Program-made: the position numbers and the translations under genes
Assembly (NCBI GenBank): GCA_965220085.1
Contig: CBDCOZ010000003.1
Location: 1,312,001-1,376,000 of the forward strand
DNA length: 64,000 bases
From: Candidatus Oxydemutatoraceae bacterium
GTDB taxonomy: Bacteria > Pseudomonadota > Gammaproteobacteria > Poriferisulfidales > Oxydemutatoraceae
Direction: 5' to 3'
The notes under the pieces: generated by a model
What the model was told of the DNA's origin: nothing
What the model saw: the letters and a program-made list of their open reading frames with translations, nothing else
Databases searched by the model: none
Part shown: positions 1 through 8,230 of the stretch, piece after piece
Numbering within the stretch: the stretch's first letter is position 1
How the letters are laid out: each line of letters starts with the position of its first letter

Positions 1-306
1 CGCCCGCTCGTAGCGCCCGGCGAAGGCGCGCATCTTCGCCAGCATCCCCCAGTCCTCGGCGCTGCCTCCGTTTTCCGCCAGATAGTCTTCAAAATCGGCG
101 AGCAACTGCTCCTGATATATGTCATCGGCCATCGTGACAAAATGGTAATAGGCATCCGACCAATACAGATAGAGCGCGAGGCCGGACGCCGCGACCAGAG
201 CGCCGATGGCGACGGCGACCCGCTTGCGCAAGCGCATGCTCAGAAACAGCGCGATGACGACAATCGCCAGCAAGCAACCGATGCCAATCAGCAGCATTTG
301 CATCAT
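1..306 (-). CDS. ccmI: CcmI/CycH-like cytochrome c biogenesis TPR protein, N-terminal part (truncated by window edge)
   Basis: Own translation from ATG 306: MMQMLLIGIGCLLAIVVIALF...LYLYWSD...AEDWGMLAKMRAFAGRYERA. It has two hydrophobic segments then a TPR-like start, and an ATGA overlap with the ccmH stop. Confidence 0.7.
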   Translation of the reverse strand, partial: MMQMLLIGIGCLLAIVVIALFLSMRLRKRVAVAIGALVAASGLALYLYWSDAYYHFVTMADDIYQEQLLADFEDYLAENGGSAEDWGMLAKMRAFAGRYERA

Positions 307-686
307 CCCTCCCGTTGTTGTTTTGCGATGCGCCGGAACAAGACCGCCAGCGCGATCAAGAGCACGGCAAAAGGCGCGAGCCACAGCGCGTAGGTCTGCG
401 GTTTGAAGCGCGGCTCATAGAGTATGAAATCGCCGTAACGCTCCGATGCAAACAGCTTGATCTCCTCGTCGCTCGCGCCCTCGGCGATCATCCGCCGCAC
501 CGCCGCGCGCAGATCGGAAGCCAAGCCCGCCCCCGACTCCGCCAGCGATTGATTCTGACAGACCAGACAGCGCAGTTCTTTTAGAAGGCTCAGGTAACGT
601 TGCTCTTCGGCGGCGGACAAGTCGGTCGCCGCCAGCGCCGGGCAGACGCCGAGCAACATCACACAAAGGCACAGCCGTTTATACAT
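303..686 (-). CDS. ccmH: Cytochrome c biogenesis protein CcmH
   Basis: LRCLVCQNQSLAES motif, ERYGDFILYEP and a C-terminal TM helix. Start ATG 686 (MYKRL) gives a signal peptide. Confidence 0.95.
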   Translation of the reverse strand: MYKRLCLCVMLLGVCPALAATDLSAAEEQRYLSLLKELRCLVCQNQSLAESGAGLASDLRAAVRRMIAEGASDEEIKLFASERYGDFILYEPRFKPQTYALWLAPFAVLLIALAVLFRRIAKQQREG

Positions 687-1206
687 CGGATAACTCCTCC
701 AGCAAGGGGCGCAACCGCTGTTCCAATATCGTTTCATCGATCGGCCCGATATGTTTATAGCGTATGATACCCGCGCGGTCTATGACGAAGGTCTCCGGCA
801 CCGCATAAACGCCGAATTCTATGCCGACCTTGCCGTCGGTATCCGCTATGCTGAAGTCATACGGGTCGCCAAACCGCGCAAGCCACATCGTCGCATCCTC
901 GCGGCTGTCTTTGTAATTGATGCCATAGACCCGATAGCGGTCGTCTTCTGCTAATTCCAGCAGGAACGGGTGCTCGTCGCGACACGCGATGCACCAACTC
1001 GCCCAGACATTGATAACAGCCGGCCCGCGCAAGTCGGCATAGCCGACGCTGCGCTCGGGGGCTTGCAAGTCGGTCGCCAGAAACGCCGGCAGCGGTTTGC
1101 CGATAAACGGCGACGGCACCAGCGACGGGTCGCGGGTCAGGCCGACAGCGAGCAACGCGACCAGCGATGCAAACACGACGATGATCCAAGCGAAGCGATT
1201 CATCAT
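679..1206 (-). CDS. ccmG: Thiol:disulfide interchange protein CcmG/DsbE
   Basis: N-terminal TM, NVWASWCIAC CxxC motif, GVYAVPETF cis-Pro motif, position in the operon. Confidence 0.95.
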   Translation of the reverse strand: MMNRFAWIIVVFASLVALLAVGLTRDPSLVPSPFIGKPLPAFLATDLQAPERSVGYADLRGPAVINVWASWCIACRDEHPFLLELAEDDRYRVYGINYKDSREDATMWLARFGDPYDFSIADTDGKVGIEFGVYAVPETFVIDRAGIIRYKHIGPIDETILEQRLRPLLEELSDV

Positions 1207-3107
1207 CGGACCGCCTTGCGGTAACGCCGGTCAAAAGCGGACACGCAGCCGCCCGCCGCAATCAACAACGTGCCTAGCCACAGCCACTGTATGAAAGGCC
1301 GATAGTAAACCCGCAACCCCCAGCGCCCGTCTTCGCTGCGCTCGCCGAGCGATACATAGAGATCGCGAAAGAATCTTGAATCCACCGCCGCCTCGGTCAT
1401 CGGGCTCGTCTGCACCCGATAGATTCTCTTCTCGGGCGACAGGGAAGCGATGTGCGCCCCGTCGCGCCAGACCTCAACGCGACCGGCCAGAGCCAGATAA
1501 TTCGGCCCTTCCGCCTCGCGCACGCCGGCAAAGCGAAACGCATACCCCGCCAGTTCCACGGTTTCGTTCTCGGCAAGTTCGGTCAATTTCTCATCGCCGT
1601 AGGCGCCGTTGAAAGTCGCCCCCAGCACGAAGACCGCGAGACCGAAATGGGCGATGCTCATGCCGAGCGCGGACAGCGGCATGCCGGAGCGCGCCAGACT
1701 GTCGCGGACGAAAAGCCCGACCGACAACGCCAGCCACACAGCGGCATAGATGCCGATGAACACCGCGAAGGACAGGCTGTCGACATAGAGCAACGGCAAC
1801 AACGCGACGCCCGCCGAGAAGCTCAGCAACGGCCAGTATTCGGCAAGCCGCGCGGTCGTATCGCGTTGCCACCTGATGCGCATCCCCAGCCCGGCGAGGA
1901 AGACGACCGGCAACATCAACGGCACGAACACCGCCGTAAAGTACGGCGCGCCGACCGATATCTTGTCCATGCCCAGCGTATCCAGCGCCAACGGATACAA
2001 GGTCGCGAGCAAAATCGCAAACATCGAGGCGACCAGAATGACATTGTTAACCAGCAACGCGCTCTCGCGCGACAACAGATGAAAAGACCCGCCGCTGCGG
2101 ATCGACGGCGCTCTGATCACATACAGCGTCAGCGCGCTGCCGATGACGACGACGAGAAAGACCAGTATAAAAACCCCGCGCGTCGGGTCTGAAGCAAACG
2201 CGTGTACCGAAACCAGCACGCCCGAACGCACCAGAAACGTGCCCAGCAAACTCAGCGAAAAAGCCAGAATGGCGAGAAACACCGTCCAACTCTTGAAGGT
2301 GTCGCGCTTTTCTGTCACCGCCAGCGAGTGAATCAACGCGGTGCCGACCAGCCACGGCATGAAAGACGCGTTCTCGACCGGGTCCCAGAACCACCAGCCG
2401 CCCCAGCCCAATTCGTGATACGCCCACCAACTGCCGAGGCCTATGCCAAGCGTCAGGAAGACCCACGCCGCCAGGGTCCACGGTCTGGACCAGCGCGCCC
2501 AGGCCTCATCCAACTGGCCGCTCATCAATGCCGCCACCGCAAACGCAAAGGCGACCGAAAAGCCGACATAGCCCATGTAGATCATCGGCGGGTGAATCGT
2601 CAAACCCGGGTCCTGTAACAACGGGTTGAGGTCGCGGCCTTCCGCCGGCATCGGGAATTCGCGCACGAAGGGATTGGAAGTCGCCAGCGTAAAGAGCAGG
2701 AAGCCGGCTGCGATCAAGCCCATCACCGCCAGCACGCGGGCGACGAATGCCCGCGGCAGGCTGCGGCTTAATTCGGCGACGGCAAACGTCCAGCCGCCGA
2801 GCATCAGCGCCCACAACAGCAAAGACCCTTCGTGCGCGCTCCACAACGCGGACAGTTTGTAGTACAGAGGCAGTTGCGTATTGGAATGCTGGGCGACATA
2901 GCGCACGGAGAAGTCGTCGCTTACAAACGCATACGACAATCCGGCGTAAGCGAGTATCAACAATACGAGTTGCAGGCGCGCCAGCGGGCGGGCGGCTCGG
3001 ATAAAGACTTCGTCGTCGCGCCAGATGCCAAACAGCGGCGCGACCCCGAGAACCAGCGTGACGAGAAGAGCGAGCACCAGCGCGAAATGACCGAGTTCCG
3101 GAATCAT
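1203..3107 (-). CDS. ccmF: Heme lyase CcmF
   Basis: MIPELGH start, WWAYHELGWGGWWFWDPVENASFMPWL WWD domain, SVHAFASDPTRG. Confidence 0.97.
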   Translation of the reverse strand: MIPELGHFALVLALLVTLVLGVAPLFGIWRDDEVFIRAARPLARLQLVLLILAYAGLSYAFVSDDFSVRYVAQHSNTQLPLYYKLSALWSAHEGSLLLWALMLGGWTFAVAELSRSLPRAFVARVLAVMGLIAAGFLLFTLATSNPFVREFPMPAEGRDLNPLLQDPGLTIHPPMIYMGYVGFSVAFAFAVAALMSGQLDEAWARWSRPWTLAAWVFLTLGIGLGSWWAYHELGWGGWWFWDPVENASFMPWLVGTALIHSLAVTEKRDTFKSWTVFLAILAFSLSLLGTFLVRSGVLVSVHAFASDPTRGVFILVFLVVVIGSALTLYVIRAPSIRSGGSFHLLSRESALLVNNVILVASMFAILLATLYPLALDTLGMDKISVGAPYFTAVFVPLMLPVVFLAGLGMRIRWQRDTTARLAEYWPLLSFSAGVALLPLLYVDSLSFAVFIGIYAAVWLALSVGLFVRDSLARSGMPLSALGMSIAHFGLAVFVLGATFNGAYGDEKLTELAENETVELAGYAFRFAGVREAEGPNYLALAGRVEVWRDGAHIASLSPEKRIYRVQTSPMTEAAVDSRFFRDLYVSLGERSEDGRWGLRVYYRPFIQWLWLGTLLIAAGGCVSAFDRRYRKAVR

Positions 3108-3113
3108 CGTCGG

Positions 3114-3557
3114 TTATCGCTCGATCGTCAGCGGTTTGCCGCCGCCGGACTCTTTGAGCATGTCCGCCACATGCGGCGGCATATAGTTCTCATCGTGCTT
3201 GGCCAGCACCTCATCGGCTTCAAACACACCCGCGTCGTTGAGCCGCCCGGTCGCCACCACCCCCTGCCCTTCGGCAAACAAGTCCGGCAACAAGCCGTCA
3301 TAGACCACGCGCACGGTCTTTTGATGATCGGTCAACTCAAAATGTATCGGCTTCGTCCGCCGCACGCTGCCCGCCACGACCATGCCGCCGAGATTAAAGC
3401 TGCGCCCTTGCGGCGCCATGCCGTCGGCGACCTGCGAAGGCGCGAAGAAATACAGCAGGTTGCGCTCCAGCGAATACAACACCAGCCCGGTCGCGGCGGA
3501 AAATCCGATCAGTAATATCGCGGCGAAGATAAGACGCTGACGTTGGCGGGGACTCAT
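3114..3557 (-). CDS. ccmE: Heme chaperone CcmE
   Basis: LPDLFAEGQGVVA and VLAKHDENYMPP heme-binding motif; likely start MSPRQRQRL at 3557. Confidence 0.95.
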   Translation of the reverse strand: MSPRQRQRLIFAAILLIGFSAATGLVLYSLERNLLYFFAPSQVADGMAPQGRSFNLGGMVVAGSVRRTKPIHFELTDHQKTVRVVYDGLLPDLFAEGQGVVATGRLNDAGVFEADEVLAKHDENYMPPHVADMLKESGGGKPLTIER

Positions 3558-3564
3558 GAGCGGT

Positions 3565-3717
3565 TTACTTGCGTTGCTGTGACAGGTCTCTGATAAAACG
3601 GCGATGGCGGCGTATCGGCGCGCAGAGATTCCACGCCAATATGACCAGCGCAATCACATACGCCGGCCAGACAAACCGCGCATACCCGCCCATTATAAGC
3701 CATTCCGACCAGCTCAT
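3565..3717 (-). CDS. ccmD: Heme exporter protein CcmD
   Basis: MSWSEWLIMGGYARFVWPAY, then a TM segment and basic tail; start overlaps the ccmC stop. Confidence 0.88.
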   Translation of the reverse strand: MSWSEWLIMGGYARFVWPAYVIALVILAWNLCAPIRRHRRFIRDLSQQRK

Positions 3718-4457
3718 CGCCCGCCTCTCCCGCGCAGGAACTCGCCGAACCAGCGTTGCGTTTGACAGCGGCGGGCGATCGCCAGACGCATGCGCGCGCA
3801 CAGCGCGGTCAGGAAATAGATTTTCATCACGAGCGCCATAAACAACAGCGGCCACAATATGCTCGGGTGCGCCGCCGGCGTATCAAAGCGCGTGACCGTC
3901 GGCCCCTGATGCAATGTGTTCCACCAGATGACCGAGTAATGAATGACCGGAATATTAACCAAGCCGATGAGCGACAGCAGGGCGGTCGCGCGCGCGCCCT
4001 TGCGCGGGTCGCTGATGACCGTGCCGAGAGCGATGACGCCGAGGTAGAGGAACAGCAGGATCAACTCGGAAGTCAGGCGCGCATCCCACACCCAGTAAGT
4101 CCCCCACATCGGCTTGCCCCACAGCATGCCGGTGATCAGAGTGATGATCGTAAACGCGGCGCCCAAAGGCGCGCACTCGCGATGCGCGATCTCGGCGACC
4201 TTGACCCGCCACACCAGCGCGACGACTCCGGCGGCGGCCATCGCGACATAGACGAACAACGACATCCACGCCGCCGGCACATGCACATAGATGATGCGAT
4301 AACCCTCCCCTTGCTTGTAGTCGCTCGGCGCGACCCACAGAGCCCAGCAGAGACCGATGACGGAGAGGATGATTGTCAGCGCGACCAGCCAGGCGCTCAG
4401 CCGTTCGCTCAGGCGATAGGCATACGGCAAGGAAGCGGTTTCGGCAAAGTACTTCAT
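3714..4457 (-). CDS. ccmC: Heme exporter CcmC
   Basis: IIYVHVPAAW, WGKPMWGTYWVWDARLTS, WWNTLHQ. Confidence 0.97.
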   Translation of the reverse strand: MKYFAETASLPYAYRLSERLSAWLVALTIILSVIGLCWALWVAPSDYKQGEGYRIIYVHVPAAWMSLFVYVAMAAAGVVALVWRVKVAEIAHRECAPLGAAFTIITLITGMLWGKPMWGTYWVWDARLTSELILLFLYLGVIALGTVISDPRKGARATALLSLIGLVNIPVIHYSVIWWNTLHQGPTVTRFDTPAAHPSILWPLLFMALVMKIYFLTALCARMRLAIARRCQTQRWFGEFLRGRGGR

Positions 4458-4460
4458 AGC

Positions 4461-5135
4461 TCAGTCCAGCACGATTCTGAGCGCGGCGCAAACCGCCCAC
4501 GGCGCGAGCAGCAAAGCGACTATCAGGATCGCCGCGAGGATGGCGAGGGCGGCATCCGCCGGGTAGCCGTCGGCAGCGAGGTCGATCGCATTGGCGGCGA
4601 ATATCAGCAGCGGAATGTAAAGCGGCAACATCAGCAGCGCCAGCAAAACGCTGCCGTGACGCAGACCGACCGTCAGCGCGGCGCCGAGCGCGCCCAATGC
4701 GCTCAGCGTCGGCAGCGCCAACAGCAAGGTCGCGAGCAACACCGGCAAAGCGGCCGCCGGCAGACCGAGCATGTGCGCGTACAGAGGCGCAAATAGCAAC
4801 AGGGGTATCCCGGTCGCGCACCAGTGCGAGCAGATTCTGGCGAATACGATCGGGTACAAACCGCACGATGCGATGACGAATTGCTCCAGCGAACCGTTCT
4901 CATAGTCATCGCGAAACATACGATCGGCGGTCAGTATGCTGACGAGCAGAATCGCAACCCAGATGACAGCCGGCGCGAGGTTGGTCAGCGCACGGGCATC
5001 CATGTCGGTGCCGAGGGGGAAGATGATCGTGACGATGGAGAAGAAAGCGATCGCCAGCAAGCCGTCTGACTTGCGCCGCATCAAGGCGGTCATATCGCGC
5101 CGGACAGAGGAGAAAAACGGATATATAACAGACAT
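4461..5135 (-). CDS. ccmB: Heme exporter permease CcmB
   Basis: FRDDYENGSLEQ and LLMLPLYIPLLIF motifs; multiple TM segments. Confidence 0.95.
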   Translation of the reverse strand: MSVIYPFFSSVRRDMTALMRRKSDGLLAIAFFSIVTIIFPLGTDMDARALTNLAPAVIWVAILLVSILTADRMFRDDYENGSLEQFVIASCGLYPIVFARICSHWCATGIPLLLFAPLYAHMLGLPAAALPVLLATLLLALPTLSALGALGAALTVGLRHGSVLLALLMLPLYIPLLIFAANAIDLAADGYPADAALAILAAILIVALLLAPWAVCAALRIVLD

Positions 5136-5148
5136 TTGCGGCTTATTC

Positions 5149-5808
5149 CTAATTTATCAGGCGAACATCTCGCGGCGCTTCGCCCAGCTTCAATTCCCCG
5201 TCCATCGGGTAGCCCGGCACGGCAAACATACGGTGGGTGGCGATCAGCGCACAGCCGCCCCGCTCGAGGTGGGCAGCCAGGATTATGCCAAAGCGCTCGA
5301 TGCTCTTGTCGTCCAGAGCGGTCAGCGGTTCGTCGAGCAACCAGACCGGCGGCGCTTCTATTCCTATCCGGCACAAGGTCGCGCGTCTCAACTGCCCTTG
5401 CGAGATATTGGCGCACAGCGTATCCAGAATTCCGTTGATGCCCATCGCGGTCGCCGTGTGTTCTATCGCATCGCCATCGGCGCCGGCGAGCATCGCATAG
5501 AATGACAGATTCTCGCGCACGCTGAGTTCGGGCTTGAGCCCGTCGCGGTGCCCGATATAGCCTACGCACTCCGACCGCTTGTCGGAAACATCTTCGCCGC
5601 AGGTACGCACCTCCCCCGCTATCGCCTCCGATAAGCCGCACAGCGTGCGTAGCATCGTGGTTTTGCCGACACCGTTCGGACCGGTCACCGCCTGCCAGCT
5701 TTTTTCGCGCAACGCAAAGCTGACATCCCGACACAGGGGATGGTTCTCATGGCCGAAAGACAGGCCTTCAACGGATAGTAAGACTTGCGACATTGCACAC
5801 TGCGACAT
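5149..5808 (-). CDS. ccmA: Heme ABC exporter ATPase CcmA
   Basis: Walker A GPNGVGKT, YIGHRDGLK, ISQGQ signature, WLLDEP Walker B; alternative start at 5793. Confidence 0.93.
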   Translation of the reverse strand: MSQCAMSQVLLSVEGLSFGHENHPLCRDVSFALREKSWQAVTGPNGVGKTTMLRTLCGLSEAIAGEVRTCGEDVSDKRSECVGYIGHRDGLKPELSVRENLSFYAMLAGADGDAIEHTATAMGINGILDTLCANISQGQLRRATLCRIGIEAPPVWLLDEPLTALDDKSIERFGIILAAHLERGGCALIATHRMFAVPGYPMDGELKLGEAPRDVRLIN

Positions 5809-5857
5809 TAAAAGTAACGGGTAATTCTAACACTTTCGCCGCTATAATTGGGATAAT

Positions 5858-6022
5858 GGGAATTATATGCCTGTGTATGCAAAACAGCCTATCAGTCCGC
5901 AATCCTAAAATTGACTCCGGCCATTTCACTGCTTTGTGCTCTGTTTCAAACATCTTAATACAGTTCAAATAATCCGACTGTCTTTGCCTTTCTCTTTGTC
6001 ATTGAAATACCCCTGTTTAATG
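5858..6022 (-). mobile_element. Partial inverted copy of the 195-bp MITE (inner IR missing)
   Basis: Near-identical reverse complement of about 7611-7774, with a small indel. Confidence 0.85.
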
Positions 6023-6026
6023 CATA

Positions 6027-6095
6027 ATGCCAGAAACATTTTGGTTTGCCGACATCAACACAGGTTGTTATGATTCATGCCGGAAACATTCCGGA
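6027..6095 (+). repeat. 50-bp-period repeat ATGCCGGAAACATTTTGGTTTGCCGACATCAACACA
   Basis: Units start at 6027 and 6077 (partial); related units at 7216, 7266 and 31188. Confidence 0.8.
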
Positions 6096-6338
6096 TTCCT
6101 CGCTTCAACAAAAGCCGGCATGCAATATCAACACATCTTGTCAGGCCCGCGCTGGCGGCGGCGCATCTTCCCGGAATGCCCGTTGCGATAGCGCGAGCGC
6201 TCCCCGCGAGGGAGAGTCGGCGCAGTTGCGCTACGCCGGAGAGGGAGCGCTGTCTGTGAAACATGCCCCCTCTCTGTCGGCGCGAACAAGATACGGCACA
6301 GGCCTAAGCGGAGAGTGCAATAAATATAGATAGCATCA

Positions 6339-6465
6339 CAATAACAAGAGCCGCTAACCCAAGGGAGACTATATAGTTAGCGCCGCAATAACAAGAGCCG
6401 CTAACCCAAGGGAGACTATATAGTTAGCGCCGCAATAACAAGAGCCGCCAACCCAAGGGAAACTA
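6339..6465. repeat. 47-bp tandem repeat (about 2.7 copies) across the 3' end of the coiled-coil gene
   Basis: CAATAACAAGAGCCGC(T/C)AACCCAAGGGA begins at 6339, 6386 and 6433. Confidence 0.9.
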
Positions 6466-7042
6466 TCACGAACAGAGTTGTGATTTTTGCTGTGTGCTCA
6501 GCTATCATTACTTTCAACTCATCTATTTGTTTTTGTGTTTTTGCCCCGGACTCGGCTATCAGTGCTCTCAACTCATCTATTTGTTTTTGTGTTTTTGCCC
6601 CAGACTCGGCTATCATTACTTTCAACTCAGCTACTGTTACTTGCAACTTAGTTACTGCTGCTTTCAACTCATCTGTTTCTTTTTTGATTTCCGACCTATG
6701 CTGGGCAAATTCCTCTCTGATTGCTGATTCAAACTCGGCAAGTCTTTCTACAATCTCTGATTTAAACTCGGCAAATTTTTTTCCAATCTCTGATTCAGAC
6801 TCGGCAATTTTTTCTCTAATCGCCGATTCAAACTCGGCAATTTTTTCTCTAATCGCTGATTCAAACTCGGCAAATTCGCTTTTCGTTGCCAGAGCGCTCA
6901 GGTGTCTGCGCAACAGCGCGGATAGATCGCTGGCAATCGCGCGCGCTTTCTCCTTGTCAAAGCCTGCGTCGGTCAAGTTCTCGACGGAGCCATAAGCAGC
7001 AACCGCTGCATCTTCCGCTTTTAATTTTTTTGGTTTATTCAT
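6416..7042 (-). CDS. CCDC90/DUF1640-like membrane-anchored coiled-coil protein (head-neck-stalk-anchor)
   Basis: Head ENLTDAGFDKEKARAIA, neck LATKSEF, 11-aa (EFESAIREKIA) and 18-aa (AESGAKTQKQIDELKVMI) repeats, C-terminal TM; lower GC than flanks. Confidence 0.8.
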   Translation of the reverse strand: MNKPKKLKAEDAAVAAYGSVENLTDAGFDKEKARAIASDLSALLRRHLSALATKSEFAEFESAIREKIAEFESAIREKIAESESEIGKKFAEFKSEIVERLAEFESAIREEFAQHRSEIKKETDELKAAVTKLQVTVAELKVMIAESGAKTQKQIDELRALIAESGAKTQKQIDELKVMIAEHTAKITTLFVIVSLGLAALVIAALTI

Positions 7043-7215
7043 GATTATTCCCTCCGGGTTGTAATAATAATACTAATTAAGAGGTTATGGTCAATAACCT
7101 TCGTGCCGGATAATAGCGCTCATTCGGCGACCGCGATCAACCCATAGACAGGCGGCATTGATTACCTGACGAACGGTCTAATAGCGCCGATTCACGGCGT
7201 GATTTTTTCTGAATG

Positions 7216-7310
7216 ATGCCGGAAACATTTTGGTTTGCCGACATCAACACAAGTTGTCACGAATCATGCCGGAACATTTTGGTTTGCCGGCATCAACACA
7301 AGCCGTCATG
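7216..7310 (+). repeat. Two tandem units of the 50-bp repeat
   Basis: Units start at 7216 and 7266. Confidence 0.8.
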
Positions 7311-7579
7311 AATTCTGTTATGGTTTGACACCACCACAAAGGGAGCACACTGCGAACCGAAGCATCAAGTAGCCATGAGGCACACAATGTTTGGCGCAGG
7401 TGTCCGATGTGTCTTGGCATCAAACAGGCATCAAGCGTAATCGGCATAGGGGCTTGCGTATGCGACTCCGCCCGGCCGACAGCGGAAACTGTTGTAAAAC
7501 GGCGATTGCGAATGTCCCGCAGGGAGAAGGGAATGTCAGGGGGTGTGCAAGGGATGCGGCAAGATACAAAGACATGAGC

Positions 7580-7774
7580 GGGAATTATATGCCTGTGTAT
7601 GCAATTAGACCATTAAACAGGGGTATTTCAATGACAAAGAGAAAGGCAAAGACAATCGGATTATTTGAACTGCATAAGATGTTTGAAACAGAGCACAAAG
7701 CAGTGAAATGGCCGGAGTCAATTTTAGGATTGCGGACTGATAGGCTGTTTTGCATACACAGGCATATAATTCCC
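7580..7774 (+). mobile_element. 195-bp MITE, probably an internally deleted IS1595-family element
   Basis: Perfect 25-bp TIRs at 7580-7604 and 7750-7774. The internal MTKRKAKTIGLFELHKMFETEHKAVKWPESI resembles IS1595 transposase N-termini. Confidence 0.85.
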
Positions 7775-7804
7775 AGGATAATTTATCAACACGAGGCATC
7801 CAAA

Positions 7805-8146
7805 ATGAATGAGACTATTTTCAGCCGTATTATTGCGCGTGAGATCAAAGCCGACATCGTCTGCGAAGACGAACTCTGTCTGGCCTTCCGCGATGTCGCG
7901 CCGCAAGCGCCGACGCATATATTGATTATTCCGAAGAAGCCGATAGCAAAAATCGCCGATGCGGATTCCGATGACGCAGCCTTGCTCGGACATTTGCTGC
8001 TCAAAGCGAGCGAGATCGCGCGCGCCGAAGGGGTCGCGGAAGCGTTCAGGCTGGTCATCAATAACGGCGAAGAGGCCGGTCAAAGCGTTTTCCACCTGCA
8101 CCTGCACCTGCTTGCGGGGCGTCCGTTCGACTGGCCGCCGGGGTAA
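7805..8146 (+). CDS. hinT: HIT family purine nucleoside phosphoramidase
   Basis: TIFSRIIAREI, AFRDVAPQAPTHILIIP, GQSVFHLHLHLL histidine triad, WPPG end. Confidence 0.93.
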   Translation: MNETIFSRIIAREIKADIVCEDELCLAFRDVAPQAPTHILIIPKKPIAKIADADSDDAALLGHLLLKASEIARAEGVAEAFRLVINNGEEAGQSVFHLHLHLLAGRPFDWPPG

Positions 8147-8230
8147 TTGCCATGCGCCGACGCGCTTCGCCCTGCGCTTGCCGACTATCCGCGAGGAGTG
8201 TTCGGGCGAGCGCTCGGCGGGAAGGCGTGC

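Larger units (their letters stand above)
5858..7774. mobile_element. Composite non-autonomous element bounded by IS1595-like terminal inverted repeats, carrying a coiled-coil gene
   Basis: GGGAATTATATGCCTGTGTATGCAA at 5858 and its exact reverse complement ending at 7774. Flanks GGGATAAT (5850-5857) and AGGATAAT (7775-7782) match at 7 of 8 positions. Confidence 0.7.

Noticed and set aside
1-5808. ccm operon, or the nearby M23 and dehydratase genes, as parts of the giant-protein system
   Set aside because: Canonical housekeeping order and motifs; I noticed no CxxCH heme motifs in the giants, and adjacency alone is not evidence
6027-7310. 47-bp and 50-bp repeats as a CRISPR array
   Set aside because: Only 2-3 units per site, no unique spacers of regular length and no cas genes; the 47-mer is duplicated coding sequence
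7391-8146. 251-aa N-terminally extended HIT fusion
   Set aside because: The extension is read-through of the MITE and spacer; HIT homology starts at ATG 7805
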